A stretch of 64,000 nucleotides of DNA, from contig JAQGDQ010000116.1 of NCBI GenBank assembly GCA_030141605.1, forward strand, positions 62,001-126,000, given 5' to 3'. Origin of the DNA: Tubiluchus corallicola (lineage: Eukaryota; Animalia; Priapulida). The translations under genes and the position numbers were made by a program. Shown here piece after piece: positions 26,953 through 39,900 of this stretch (positions within the stretch are counted from its first letter, which is position 1; the number at the start of each line of letters is the position of its first letter). The notes beneath the pieces are model-generated. The model worked only from the letters and a program-made list of their open reading frames with translations. It searched no databases and was not told the origin of the DNA.

Positions 26953-28021
26953 TAATACATGTAATAATTTCGCAACAGTATTTTTTCGTGTATTAATTAG
27001 ATTTTCCTTTTTTAAATGAAATTTGTCTCTAAGCAGTGGCAATACTTTATGGCTTATGCCTTCATCACATGTACTTTATTCATTCACTGTACAGATAGAT
27101 ACTGCATTTCAGATAATTAAGCTATGATTTATATAGTTCATAGCAAATGAAATGTTTAAACGTAAAAAAATTGTAGTCAAAAATTCTGTTAGAACGGTCA
27201 CATTTGGATAGAGGACCATAGACTTCATATTAACAATTTGATATACCAATTGCCAATCGAACCAGGCTGAAATCCGTCGTAAAAGCCTGAAACTTGATTT
27301 TTTATAGTTGGCTGTTTATTTGCCCTTGTTACTGAATTAGCATTTCATGTCAAAGTCTTTCTTTGTACTGTATCCTGCAAGCTGTAAACTACATTTGTGG
27401 CTATTCGTATGGAAAATTTGTGAATTTTCTCATCATATACATCTATCATCAAATCTTTAGGCGAAAATGTGTTTTTACAAGAAACTGGAGTGCTGTGGGC
27501 TTTTTTTATGTGATAATAAAATAAATTTGGATTGTATACACAAGTCTGGATGTGTGCATGAATTTTTTCGTTTCGAAAATTTGTTTGTTAAAGCTTTGTA
27601 CTTTCAATTGACAAGGTATTGTTTTTTAGGGAAATACATTGTTGCTAGTCCCTTCAGCCGAGATTCTCTAGATTCTAGGCTGATCATCATCTTCAAATTA
27701 GTGAAAACACCATTTTCACTAGCACTTATTTTTTTATATTGAAATAATTATTCAAGTGCTGTGTCTCAGGCTCTCTGTTTTTTTAGTGTGCTCTTGTGGT
27801 AGTAAAACATTTTTCGCATTAAAAAATTGTGTAAGAAGAATGTAAATATTTTGATCACCGATTTGTACTGAGCTACAACATCATTAGTAGAATTGTTAGC
27901 AAATAATGCATAGTTTTATAATTTTTTAGAAAAGCTGAGTTCAGCGCGTGAAACGTTTTTGTGATGAGTTTTGTGCATTGTTATTTTTTTGGGTTACAAC
28001 GTATTACGCGTTTTGTTGCAG

Positions 28022-28072
28022 GTTGCTGTCAAAATAAAAGCTTTTTGCCAGAGCACGGATAAAAACTCGATG
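28022..28072 (+). other. Candidate 5' UTR exon of TBL1 ending in ATG
   Basis: Acceptor TTTTGTTGCAG| and donor ATG|GTAAGG. The first coding exon has its own acceptor (TTTCTGTTTCTAG| at 30897), so an upstream exon is expected. Confidence 0.55.
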
Positions 28073-28737
28073 GTAAGGACACATTTGGATTTTCAAGTAA
28101 TTTGATTAGTTTTCGGATGCTTGTTTTTTTGGTAAAGCAATTTCTGTTTTTAATCCTTTTACCATATAAAATTGAATGCGAAATCAAATGTCAAACTTAG
28201 ATGGCTTGGGTATTAGTATTAAGTGTTTGTAGAGCTGTCCAACTTTTTGTTTTTTTTGTACACTTTCTGAAGGCTGAAAAGATAACTTTCAAAAATGTTA
28301 AACTTGATTGATGCATTACTTTTACTGACAGTTGAACAAATGTTATTAATATTACACGCTGGTGTGTTAGAATGTGCTTGTGAGACCATTTGTGTTGGCC
28401 TTTGAAGTGGTCATCTGGCAAACCAAACTGCAATACATAAATAAATAACTTTAATTAAATTAGCTAGCTGAATGGGGAGTGAACAGGATTTTGCTGTACT
28501 GAAACTGCACTTAATAATTTCCTACTTCATATGAACATATTGTGAATAATTATTATACGTGTATATATCATGTAGATGTAACCATATCATTCATTCTTCA
28601 CAAGTTTGATATTAGAATTTGTGAATGTTCATTTAGCTGGTAGCTGACAATTTATACTTTACAGAATTGGGATTTGCCAGTACATCAGTCGTCGCTAACC
28701 GGTTTCCTGGAAACTTGTGTGATTTGCACATTCTGAC

Positions 28738-30783
28738 TTATTGCAGTAAATTTTATTTTCAAGTAAGTATATTGATCATTAAGCAATGCAAACTTCTTTT
28801 CTTAACAAAGCGCCACAGAGAACTTTCAGTAAATCCTGATTTAAAAAATGAGAGCAGTTTTTAATTGATGGTGCCGATGTTCAATTTGAAGATTTATGAA
28901 TAAGGACTTTGCAAGAAATTTTGCTCTATTCTCATGTGTAATATGTACTATAGTAACATGCATATTATACGGCCCTAATTTTTTTATTTAGTCGCAATTT
29001 CAAAATTTACAATTTTTTACTGTACTATAGGTCTTTCAAGAGATATTGTGGCAATGAGGAAATGTGACATTAACGAATGTGTTAAACACATGTAGACTTT
29101 TTTAATGTTCACTCGCCGTACTGAGCCGCACTGTTAATTAAGTTAAATTAACCGAAATCGTAGAAATTTGAATTTCACATAACACTGAGACTAATGACCA
29201 TTGATGACGAATGATTACTAATTAATGATGAAACTAAAACACCAGTGTCCTTTAAGATGTTGGTATCATTTCTTATTGTACCAGAACTACATACATGTAT
29301 ATGTTATCTTCCAAATGCATATACTTATACATAGGTGGTAAATTAGGCTATAGAAAACGGCAACATCAATAGATGTTTTTGTCAGTGTTCACTTACTGGG
29401 AGCTGACTTAACTGAGTCACACGCTAATTGAGTAACATTGTGCACTTTCGACAAATGATTTCTCTCGCTTAATTCATACAACTTTTTCTTATAAGTTCTC
29501 GATTGATGGCTACAAATTTAGCAGCAGTGGGGATGTTTTACCACACATTTTCTCACTTGACGAATTTTTAATTTTATCTGTAAATCTTTGAACTTGCTTT
29601 AAGAACTATAACATTATTTATTATATTGTTATATTGCATAAACGTTTTTTAAACAAGTTGCTTGTACTGTAAATCTACAGTTTATTTTTTTATTTGTTGC
29701 CAGATGCTAACAAATATGTACCTGACACAAAATACGTGCATTTGACACAGCTGTAAACTATCAGAAATAGTTTCAAAATTAGGTTCAAATGCAACTGCAG
29801 TTTTGTGCAAATTCTGTAGTCATTGTCATTGTGTTACCATTACATTAAATTAGGGTTGTACCAGATCCAGTTCCGGGTCCTGAAATCCGGTAATTTTAAT
29901 GGATCTGGAATATTTGTCGGATTTTGCACTGTTTGTATTTCTATGTGTAAAATGTTGCATGCCAGTTGCATTAGAGCAGGTCTGCTTGCAATTACATCTT
30001 CTGACAAGTCTTTTTAAAATCATTTGCTTAACATTATTGCAGTATTTTTTATTTTCAAGTAAGTATATTGATCATTAAGCAATGTAAACTTCCTTTCTTA
30101 ACAAAGTGCCCCAGTGAACTTTCAGTACATCCTGATTTAAAAAATGAGAGCAGTTTTTAGTTGATGGTGCCGATGTTCAATTTGAAGATTTATGAGTAAG
30201 GACTTTGCAAGAAATTTTGCTCTATTCTCATGTGTAATATGTACTATAGTAACATGCATATTATACGGCCCTAATTTTTTTATTTAATCGCAATTTCAAA
30301 ATTTACAATTTTTTACTGTACTATAGGTCTTTCAAGAGATATTGTGGCAATGAGGAAATGTGACATTAACGAATGTGTTAAACACATGTAGACTTTTTTA
30401 ATGTTCACTCGCCGTACTGAGCCACGCTGTTAATTAAGTTAAATTATCTGAAATCGTAGAAATTTGAATTTCACATAACACTGAAACTAATGACCATTGA
30501 TGACGAATGATTTCTAATTAATGATGAAACTAAAACACCAGTGTCATTTAAGATGTTGGTACTATTTCTTATTGTACCAGAACTACATACATATATATGT
30601 TATCTTCCAAATGCATATACTTATACATAGGTGCTAAATTAGGCTATAGAAAATGGCAACATCAATAGATGTTTTTGTCAGTGTTCACTTACTGGGAGCT
30701 GACTTAACTGAGTAACACGCTAATTGAGTAACATTGTGCACTTTCGACAAATGATTTCTCTCGCTTAATTCATACAACCTTTT
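28738..30783 (+). repeat. Duplicated block X-Y-X (period 1296 bp)
   Basis: X1 about 28738-29482, Y about 29483-30033, X2 about 30034-30783. X1 and X2 are highly similar, and Y matches 37656-38210. Confidence 0.95.
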
Positions 30784-30979
30784 TGCTTCTGCTGCATTGT
30801 CTAAAGAAAATAACTGAATTAATTTCATTTTGTGGTTAAGTCTGTAATTTTATGCCTTGTTCGTCAGATATTGCAAAAAGTAATTTTCTGTTTCTAGGTA
30901 TTAGGGCAGCAAGAAAATTGTGTCTGTATGGTGAGCTGACGCTGTCGTGCAGCTTCATCTGTCTGCATGTGGCGGAGAA

Positions 30980-33900
30980 ATGAGTTTCAGCAGTGACGAA
31001 GTCAATTTTCTTGTTTATCGTTATCTGCAAGAGTCTGGTACGTTCACAATAGTTTTTTCAAATTCTGTATTATGTAAATTGTTTTCAGTAGTAAACGTAA
31101 GCTGTACCCATTAATAATATCGTGTTACTAAGAATTTCTTATTTTAAAGGCAAAGTTTGCAGCTGACAGCTTAACAAGGGCCCTGATGTTAGTTTCTCTT
31201 TATGTGGCAGGAAAAGTGATAAAACAAAAGCTGTGACACGATGACACCTCACATGTGTGATTTTGTTTGACTGAGCGAAATATTTTTGAAAAGTTGATTA
31301 CGAAAGACAATTGTATTTATCATTATGAGGTTCCTGTACTTCACTTTTTCACAACTATCTATTAAAAGACAAAAGTACTGACATTCATTGTACCTTTGGA
31401 TTTTTTAATAAAACGTTTTTATAAGGAGCAACACAGAATGTTAAATTGCCATGCCGAACAGCAGCGGGAAAATTCCTATGCAGGCTGACTGTTTGGTTGA
31501 TATGAAGTCCAACGTCAATATTATACTCTCACTAATGAACTCTTGTTATTGGTGCTGTTGCCAAATTCTCTGCTGCAGGAAGAAGTAATTACTTGTACTT
31601 ACCATTTATTGAGCTACTTAACTGACCATTGTCGTGATATAGTAAGAGAAGCCGTAGATCTTGCTTAGCATGATTTGAAAGCCATTATTGAGCTTGAATG
31701 TTCAATTATTTAATTTGCTTTGCGACAAATATTTTGTGATGATTTTTTTCTCAGTAGTTTAATGTTTATCTGAAAGTGCTTGAATTTTTTCTTTGATCAC
31801 AACCTAACCTACATCCAAAAATTTGTAATTAAGTTCATATGGTAGGTGGTGTTGAAACAACATGGCAATGATGAAATGGTGACATTAACGAATGTCTTAA
31901 TCATATGTAGACATCTACAATGTTCACTCGCCGATCTGAGCTAAATGTGAGACATTGTGTAAAAATTGTTAGTGCAACACCAGTTGAACTTTCAATAAGT
32001 TCAATGCTGTCCAAAAACTAATCTAGGACCATTCTGTACACACTGCTCTGTGATATAAAAACAACTTTTTGAATGTGGTTATTGCAAACTAAAACTAGAA
32101 TGGCCAAATAATGGCGATTTTAATTTCAAGAGAGTCTTGTTTTATAAAGATATTGATTGGAAAAATTTGGTATACTTGACTATAGAGCTTTTTATGCTTG
32201 TTTTATAAATTTTCTTTTTTCATAACATCTTATCCTAAGGCAAGCTACGGGTTTTTGTGCTGCATTTAGTGGGGCTAATATTAGTTTCGAGGGACTAGAA
32301 CATCTTTAAAAACAGCCCATTCAAATGGTAGCATTTCTTGGTACGCAGAAAAAGACTTTACCCTGAATATGATGAAAGCTTCTTGTTTGACCACCTGCAT
32401 CCTTGCCCTTCTGGCCAAATGTTGAAATCATGTTTTCAGTTTTTTACACTTTAGCTTCATCCAGCTGTTTGCATGGGACTAAGTGGTTATTTCTTTTTTG
32501 CACTGTGGGAATTTGTTTTCAGTAGAGCTGTCATATGACAAGATAAATGAGTGGCTTTATATTAGTCTTTTCTGACAGTGCAGCTCTTGGGGTTATGTTC
32601 TTCAGTTCTTAAGAAAAGCTGCAATCTGGGAGCTTGAATAACATAATCTCGAAGTGTGGTTTTTTTACTTTGTGACTATTTATATTGTTAACGATGTTTT
32701 AGGACATCTACAATTTTCAAGAAATAACAAGTAGTAAGTTTTGCACGGCATATATATTTGGATGTGGTAGACATTCATTTGTCCACCTGGTGGACCATTC
32801 ATATAAAAAGAACAGCAAATACTGAAAAATTATGTGTTTGTTGTAATTTCAAGTGTTTCATGTGTAATTAATAATTTGTCATTAGTCACTTTCTATTTTG
32901 AGGGGGCTAGATTCAGTTGTGTGGTTACCCCCGAAATCTTTATTTTATAAAGAACAAAAGCCTGAAGATCAGACGCAAAACCTTATTTAGTATAGTTATG
33001 ATTGTTAATTAATAATTATAAATGATTTGAAGCTTTCAAAAGTGGCCAAAATTTGTGGATTTGCCTATTGGTTATATAGATACACACCCTTGGTGATCTT
33101 TACTTAAAATAATTAGCCATCAGGCAATAATCTCTAATCAATCTTTTAATTTATGACTTATTGCCTTTTTAGCTGTAAATGGAAAATTGAATATGAATAT
33201 AAGATTAAAACTTATCTTGTGGACAATGAGAAATTTCGATAAGGGCGCATTTGCTAAATGATGTAGGTTGTAGTTTAATTCTTTATTTTTTATGATGCTA
33301 CTGGACTGGCAAGATGTTTGTGACTAGTTTTTGTTTTTAGGTTTCATTCACTCTGCTTACACATTCGGTATTGAGAGCCACATTAGCCAATCTAACATCA
33401 ATGGAGCATTGGTACCACCGGCTGCACTGCTGAACATCATGCAAAAGGGACTACAGTTCACGGAAGCTGAAATTAGCATTGGTGAGGTGAGCTATCGAAT
33501 CTGTAAGACTGAAATATAATGATCATAATCACATCTGCTTATGACGACACTTCGAAAGCAGTGGCATTGCACAAATGGAATAGCATTGTTTTATATTGAT
33601 GGGATGCAAATGAAAATGTTGCTTTAATTCCGTTTTGCATAAGTATACATTTCCTGCGTTTCTGGTGGTATCTGCTGTCTGCGTCTTTCATGGCTTTTCT
33701 ATGGTGTTCCTAAATTGAATTTTCTCGTTATCCGAGTTGATTAGAATTTATCTACAAATGGGCATTGATCGTGGCCTTTAAATTCCACTTCTAATTAATC
33801 AAAAGCGCATTGATTCTGCAATCATGCAAAGTCAATACATGTACATTAAGGGCTTCAGTAAAAGCGACGTGTGGTTAGTAAATCGACAAAGAAAAAATTG

Positions 33901-36900
33901 GCAGAAAGTTGCTGCATTTGATTTTAATAAGTCTTCTTAGCTATTTTTTTGCATGTTTGACAAAGGCAGTAATCAATTAGAGAAATTTACATAAGGTCCG
34001 AGCTGAAATAAGTTCATGCCATAGACTAATCTGCTAATTTAATAATTGTATATTTTTCAATATTTTTGTGGCTGAGTGTTAGGAATAATTATTTAGCTTT
34101 TGCTTTTTATACCTCGAAAAAAATCCTAATTTCAATTATTGACAAATGGCATTAGTTAAAAAAGCTTTTATTTATAAGAAATGTAAATGCTTCTGCTTGT
34201 AGACACTGTAGAACACAAAAGCTTTGAAACTCTTATTATCTGTACTCAAAATGATATTGAAAATGAAATTGTGCATTATTAAGCCAAGTCACATTTCTTG
34301 TGCTTTTAGCTTCATGGAACTGCCAATGTCAACTAGCTTGAGTGCATTTTGCCTTGTTGGATTTTAGGAGAGCTAAAAGGGTGAGAGTCGATGTTGGTCA
34401 ATTAGCTCTCCTCGTGAATAAAATCGCACATGTTTGCACGTTTGCTGTCATTTTCTTTCCTTTGTTCAGCGAATTCTGTACAGTGTACACGTATGTGACA
34501 GATTTTGAAAATATTCATTGAGTTTTAATAATCACTTGGCAAAATTTTGTAGGCTTGTAGCCTTTCAAAATGTAGATGCTTGGATGATAAGGTGAAATTG
34601 TAGTCATTTTCTGTCACATGATTTTTTATCATACCCTATTACTTGCATCATTAGCATCATTATAGAAACTTTTATTAAATTTTTGCTTTTATTTGCAGGA
34701 TGGCTCGGAACGTGTGATAGAATCGCTGTCATTAATTGATGCTGTAATGCCGGACGTTGTGGCAGCTAGGCAACAGCAGAACACAAAAACTCTCACATCC
34801 GTTAAAAATGAATCTAACAATACTAATGGAGATGACAGTAGTCACGCATTAAGTGAGCTTTTTTTTATTAAAATTGTTTGTTGAGAATGATGTTTTTGAG
34901 GGATTAACGTTAATCATTATTGTTACATAGTTTTCAATGCTGACTCATACTGGGACTCAATCATTTTATTTTTGTTGCACTTTAAACATTATTATATTTT
35001 AATCTGCATATTAAAGAAGCACCTAAATATCTAATCACAAAAAAATCACTATTATACTAACTCGCTGGAGCATACTAGATTTGAACTGCTCCACATGGTT
35101 ACATAATAAACAAATCATATAAGTGAGTAGGGATGTAAAATAAGAGATGCAGTACAAAAGGATATTAATTTTTACTTATTAAAAACCTCGCATTACCTAC
35201 TTTTGGCACGAGACCATGAAACATCACTGTTAATCAGCACAGTTTAAAGTGCAAGGTACCATATCGTGGCAGCTATGATGATGATGATGGTGATGAAGAT
35301 GGTGATGACAATAGCGATTTAGACTGAGTATTAATCTTGTGTTTAATAAATTTTTAATCGTGTTTGGCTTTCATAACATGAAACTCATAATTATGCCAGA
35401 ACTGACAGTAATAGACTAATAATATACAAAATTTGGATACACATTTAGAATATTCTGTATTTGAATCAGAACTGGCTCTGATTTAAAAGGTTTGAGTTGG
35501 AACAATGAGACAACTTAATGTTGGTTTGGATCAGATCGGAATGCTGGCAATATTGTTCATAATTTAATCGGTGAAAAATGTGATCTTTGTTCGGACCTGC
35601 AAAAACACAATTTGGCGGAAGGCTAGTTGCAGAGATATAGCAAGGTGGGGGCAACAGGGGCAATCGCCCCTGGACACAAGGGTGAAAGGGCGCAAAATTC
35701 TTCTAGAGTTCAGTGACTGTTAATTATTAATTACTAATTCGACATCAATAAAACAATTAACAAAAGTTTTCAAACTACAACAAAATTGCCTCATCAGAGA
35801 TCATCGTACCTGACTTAATTACTACTTACAACCTAGAAAAAAGGCTAATGTTGTTACTTAACGACATGTGTAGGGTGTCACGTGGCTTAGCAGATCAATA
35901 ATTTTAGGAGAAAGAGTGTTTGTCTAAATGCTGATGGTGTGTATTATGAAAACCTGTATTGTTCTGTATCTTTCATAATCTTGGCATGTTTTAATGCTGG
36001 GACTGAATGTTTAAGGACTGTCATGTTATGAGCAACTTATGCATAAAAGAATTATTCTGGCGCAGAAAACGCCATACAGAAAACGTTACATGTACTTTGT
36101 CTGCTGCTACACCTCTGCAAATCAATATTTCAGGTAATCATGTAGATTCTATGGAAATAGACGAATCTTTAGAAATTCCTGCAAGTAAAGCCAAAACCTT
36201 ACGTGGCCATGAATCTGAGGTTTTTATTTGTGCTTGGAATCCTAAAAATGATTTTCTTGCCTCCGGGTATGTATTCAACTAAAGTATATTTTTGAATGCT
36301 GGTGTTTTGTGTTGATTTTAGAATAATTTAACATCCAGGTTAAGTAGTACATGCCAATAACAGATAGCTACTATAATGCACATTTTCCACAGCACAAGCT
36401 AGACCTACAAATAATTTAACAATGTATTATATTATGAAGAGTTTAAGAAATGATAACATGTGGGAGGTAAGACACGGCTGAGTGGTCATGGTGTGTGTGT
36501 GCTGTGAATTAAGTATGCTCATAGTTAAGTACCCCGAGGCCTGGTTATTAAGTAGCATATCTGCCATTGTTAAAATTGCTTCTGGATAGTTTTACCTGGC
36601 ATTCTGCCTTTGGCCATTAACCACTTTAGTATGTATCCAAACACAAGCTAAGGCATCTTTGCTGTTTTCAGTATCTTGTCTTCGGGGTTCTCTTTGAATT
36701 ATGAGTTGGGTTGCAACTTGCCACAATATTGAGTTTTAGGAAAAAATCGCCCAAGCGATTGAACTTTGAATAGTTGAATTTTTTATTAAGGTAGGAAAAA
36801 TAAAAAAAATGTTATTGCTTAACTACATCATCTGTTGACTTTATTTAATTAGTCTCATTTTCTTTGGAAGTCAGTCTAAAAATCTTACTAAAACATCATA

Positions 36901-39900
36901 ATATCATTCACAGTTGCACTTTTTTCAAAAAAATGAAGCACTGTGGAGCAGTGTTCAAGGAAGATGACATCGTTGAATAAGGATGGCAACGTTCAATACA
37001 GTAACCATGAGCTTTCACGTTTAACCTGTGCATTTTCTGCAATCCTAATTTTTAAAATTTCATGTCAACAAAATTATCAATAAGCTTGAACTTCATTGAT
37101 TAGAAAACAATTTGCTGTTTTGTTTGTATGCTAATTTTTCTATCAAGGTTTTAGTATTTTTGGATATTTTTTCTCACACAACACCAGTGTACGAGCCCAA
37201 TTTAATACTGTGTAGAACAGTAGCAAAACAGTAACTAGAAATTTAATATTAAGTGCTGAGACGAGGAGTGCTAAATTATAAGTCCAATGATAATTTTATT
37301 CTGAGAAAATTCATTTTCATTCTGTAATTAGAGCTTATTATTTCTTTCGGATGAGCTTTATACCATAACATAATTATTGTATGTATGCTTACTTAGGTCT
37401 GGAGATTCAACAGCACGAATATGGAATATGAATGACAATAGTAATAGTCCAAACCAATTGGTGTTGCAGCACTGCATACAACGTGGTGGTACCGAGGTAC
37501 CTAGTAATAAAGATGTGACGTGTTTAGATTGGAATGTAAGTACTGTAGTAAATGCACTAATACACATGATAATAGAAAGATAAGTTGTTCTCAAATATTT
37601 ATGTAATAATATAAGTTCTATTTTTGTATACGGTCCCTTGTATACAGGGAAGGATAGCCTTTTCTTATAAGTTCTCGATTGATGGCTACAAATTTAGCAG
37701 CAATGGGGATGCTTTACCACACATTTTCTCACTTGACAAATTTTTTATTTTATCTATAAATCTTTGAACTTGCTTTAAGAACTATAACATTATTTATTAT
37801 ATTGTTATATTGCATAAACATTTTTTAAACAAGTTGCTTGTACTGTAAATCTACAGTTTATTTTTTTATTTGTTGCCAGATGCTAACAAATATGTACCTG
37901 ACACAAAATACGTGCATTTGACACAGCTGTAAACTATCAGAAATAGTTTCAAAATTAGGTTCAAATGCAATTGCAGTTTTGTGCAAATTCTGTAGTCATT
38001 GTCATTGTGTTACCATTACATTAAATTAGGGTTGTACCGGATCCAGTTCCGAGTCCTGAAATCCGGTAATTTTAATGGAACTGGAATATTTGTCGGATTT
38101 TGCACTGTTTGTATTTCTATGTGTAAAATGTTGCATGCCAGTTGCATTAGAGCAGGTCTTCTTGCAATTACATCTCCTGACAAGTCTTTTTAAGATCATT
38201 TGCTTAACATTATTGTAGTATTTTTTATTTTCAAGTAAGTATATTGATCATTAAGCAATGTAAACTTCTTTTCTTAACAAAGTGCCCCAGTGAACTTTCA
38301 GTAAATCCTGATTTAAAAAATGAGAGCAGTTTTTAGTTGATGGTGCCGATGTTCAATTTGAAGATTTATGAGTAAGGACTTTTGCAATAAATTTTGCTCT
38401 ATTCTCATGTGTAATATGTACTATAGTAACATGCATATGTTATATGGCCCTAATTTTTTTATTTAGTCGCAATGTCAAAAATTTACATTTTTTACTGTAC
38501 TATAGGTCTTTCAAGAGATATTGTGGCAATGAGGAAATGTGACATTAACGAATGTGTTAAACACATGTAGAATTTTTTAATGTTCACTCGCCGTACTGAG
38601 CCACGCTGTTAATTAAGTTAAATTAACTGAAATCGTAGAAATTTGAATCTCGCATAACACCGAGACTAATGACCATTGATAAACAAATGATTACTAATTA
38701 ATGATGAAACTAAAACACCAGTATCATTTAATATTCTCAAGATGTTGGTATCATTTCTTATTGTACCAGAACTACATACATGTAGATGTTATCTTCCGAA
38801 TGCATATACTTATACATAGGTGGTAAATTAGGCTATAAAAAACGGCAACATCAATAGATGTTTTTGTCAGTGTTCACTTACTGGGAGCTGACTTAACTGA
38901 GTCACACGCTAATTGAGTAACATTGTGCACTTTCGACAAATGATTTGTCTCGCTTAATTCATACAGCCTTTTCTTATAAGTTCTCGATTGATGGCTACAA
39001 ATTTAGCAGCAATGGGGATGTTTTACCGCACATTTTCTCACTTGACGTATTTTTTATTTTATCTGTAAATCTTTGAACTTGCTTTAAGAACTATAACATT
39101 ATTTATTATATTGTTATATTGCATAAACGTTTTTTAAACAAGTTGCTTGTACTGTAAATCTACAGTTAATTTTTTTATTTGTTGCCAGATGCTAACAAAT
39201 ATGTACCTGACACAAAATACGTGCATTTGACACAGCTGTAAACTATCAGGAATAGTTTCAAAATTAGGTTCAAATGCAATTGCAGTTTTGTGCAAATTCT
39301 GTAGTCATTGTCATTGTGTTACCATTACATTAAATTAGGGTTGTACCGGATCCAGTTCCGGGTCCTGAAATCCGGTAATTTTAATGGATCTGGAATATTT
39401 GTCGGATTTTGCACTGTTTGTATTTCTATGTGTAAAATGTTGCTTGCCAGTTGCATTAGAGCAGGTCTGCTTGCAATTACATCTTATGACAAGTCTTTTT
39501 AAGATCATTTGCTTAACATTATTGCGGGATTTTTTATTTTCAAGTAAGTATATTGATCATTAAGCAATGTAAACTTCTTTTCTTAACAAAGTGCCCCAGT
39601 GAACTTTCAGTAAATCCTGATTTAAAAAATTAGAGCAGTTTTTAGTTGATGGTGCCGATGTTCAATTTGAAGATTTATGAGTAAGGACTTCTGCAAGACA
39701 TTTTGCTCTATTCTCATGTGTAATATGTACTATAGTAACATGCGTATTATATGGCCCTAATTTTTTTATTTAGTCGCAATGTCAAAAATTTACATTTTTT
39801 TACTGTACTATAGGTCTTTCAAGAGATGTTGTGGCAATGAGGAAATGTGACATTAACGAATGTGTTAAACACATGTAGACTTTTTTAATGTTCACTCGCC

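Noticed and set aside
30190-30202. TTATGAGTAAGGA matches the branch-point-pairing region of U12 snRNA as I recall it
   Set aside because: The similarity does not extend to the flanks, there is no U12 stem-loop or Sm-site architecture, and the first X copy has a mismatch. Probably chance.
36460-36700. tRNA-derived SINE or tRNA gene (A-box-like CGGCTGAGTGGTCA)
   Set aside because: No convincing B box or cloverleaf. At most a decayed SINE.
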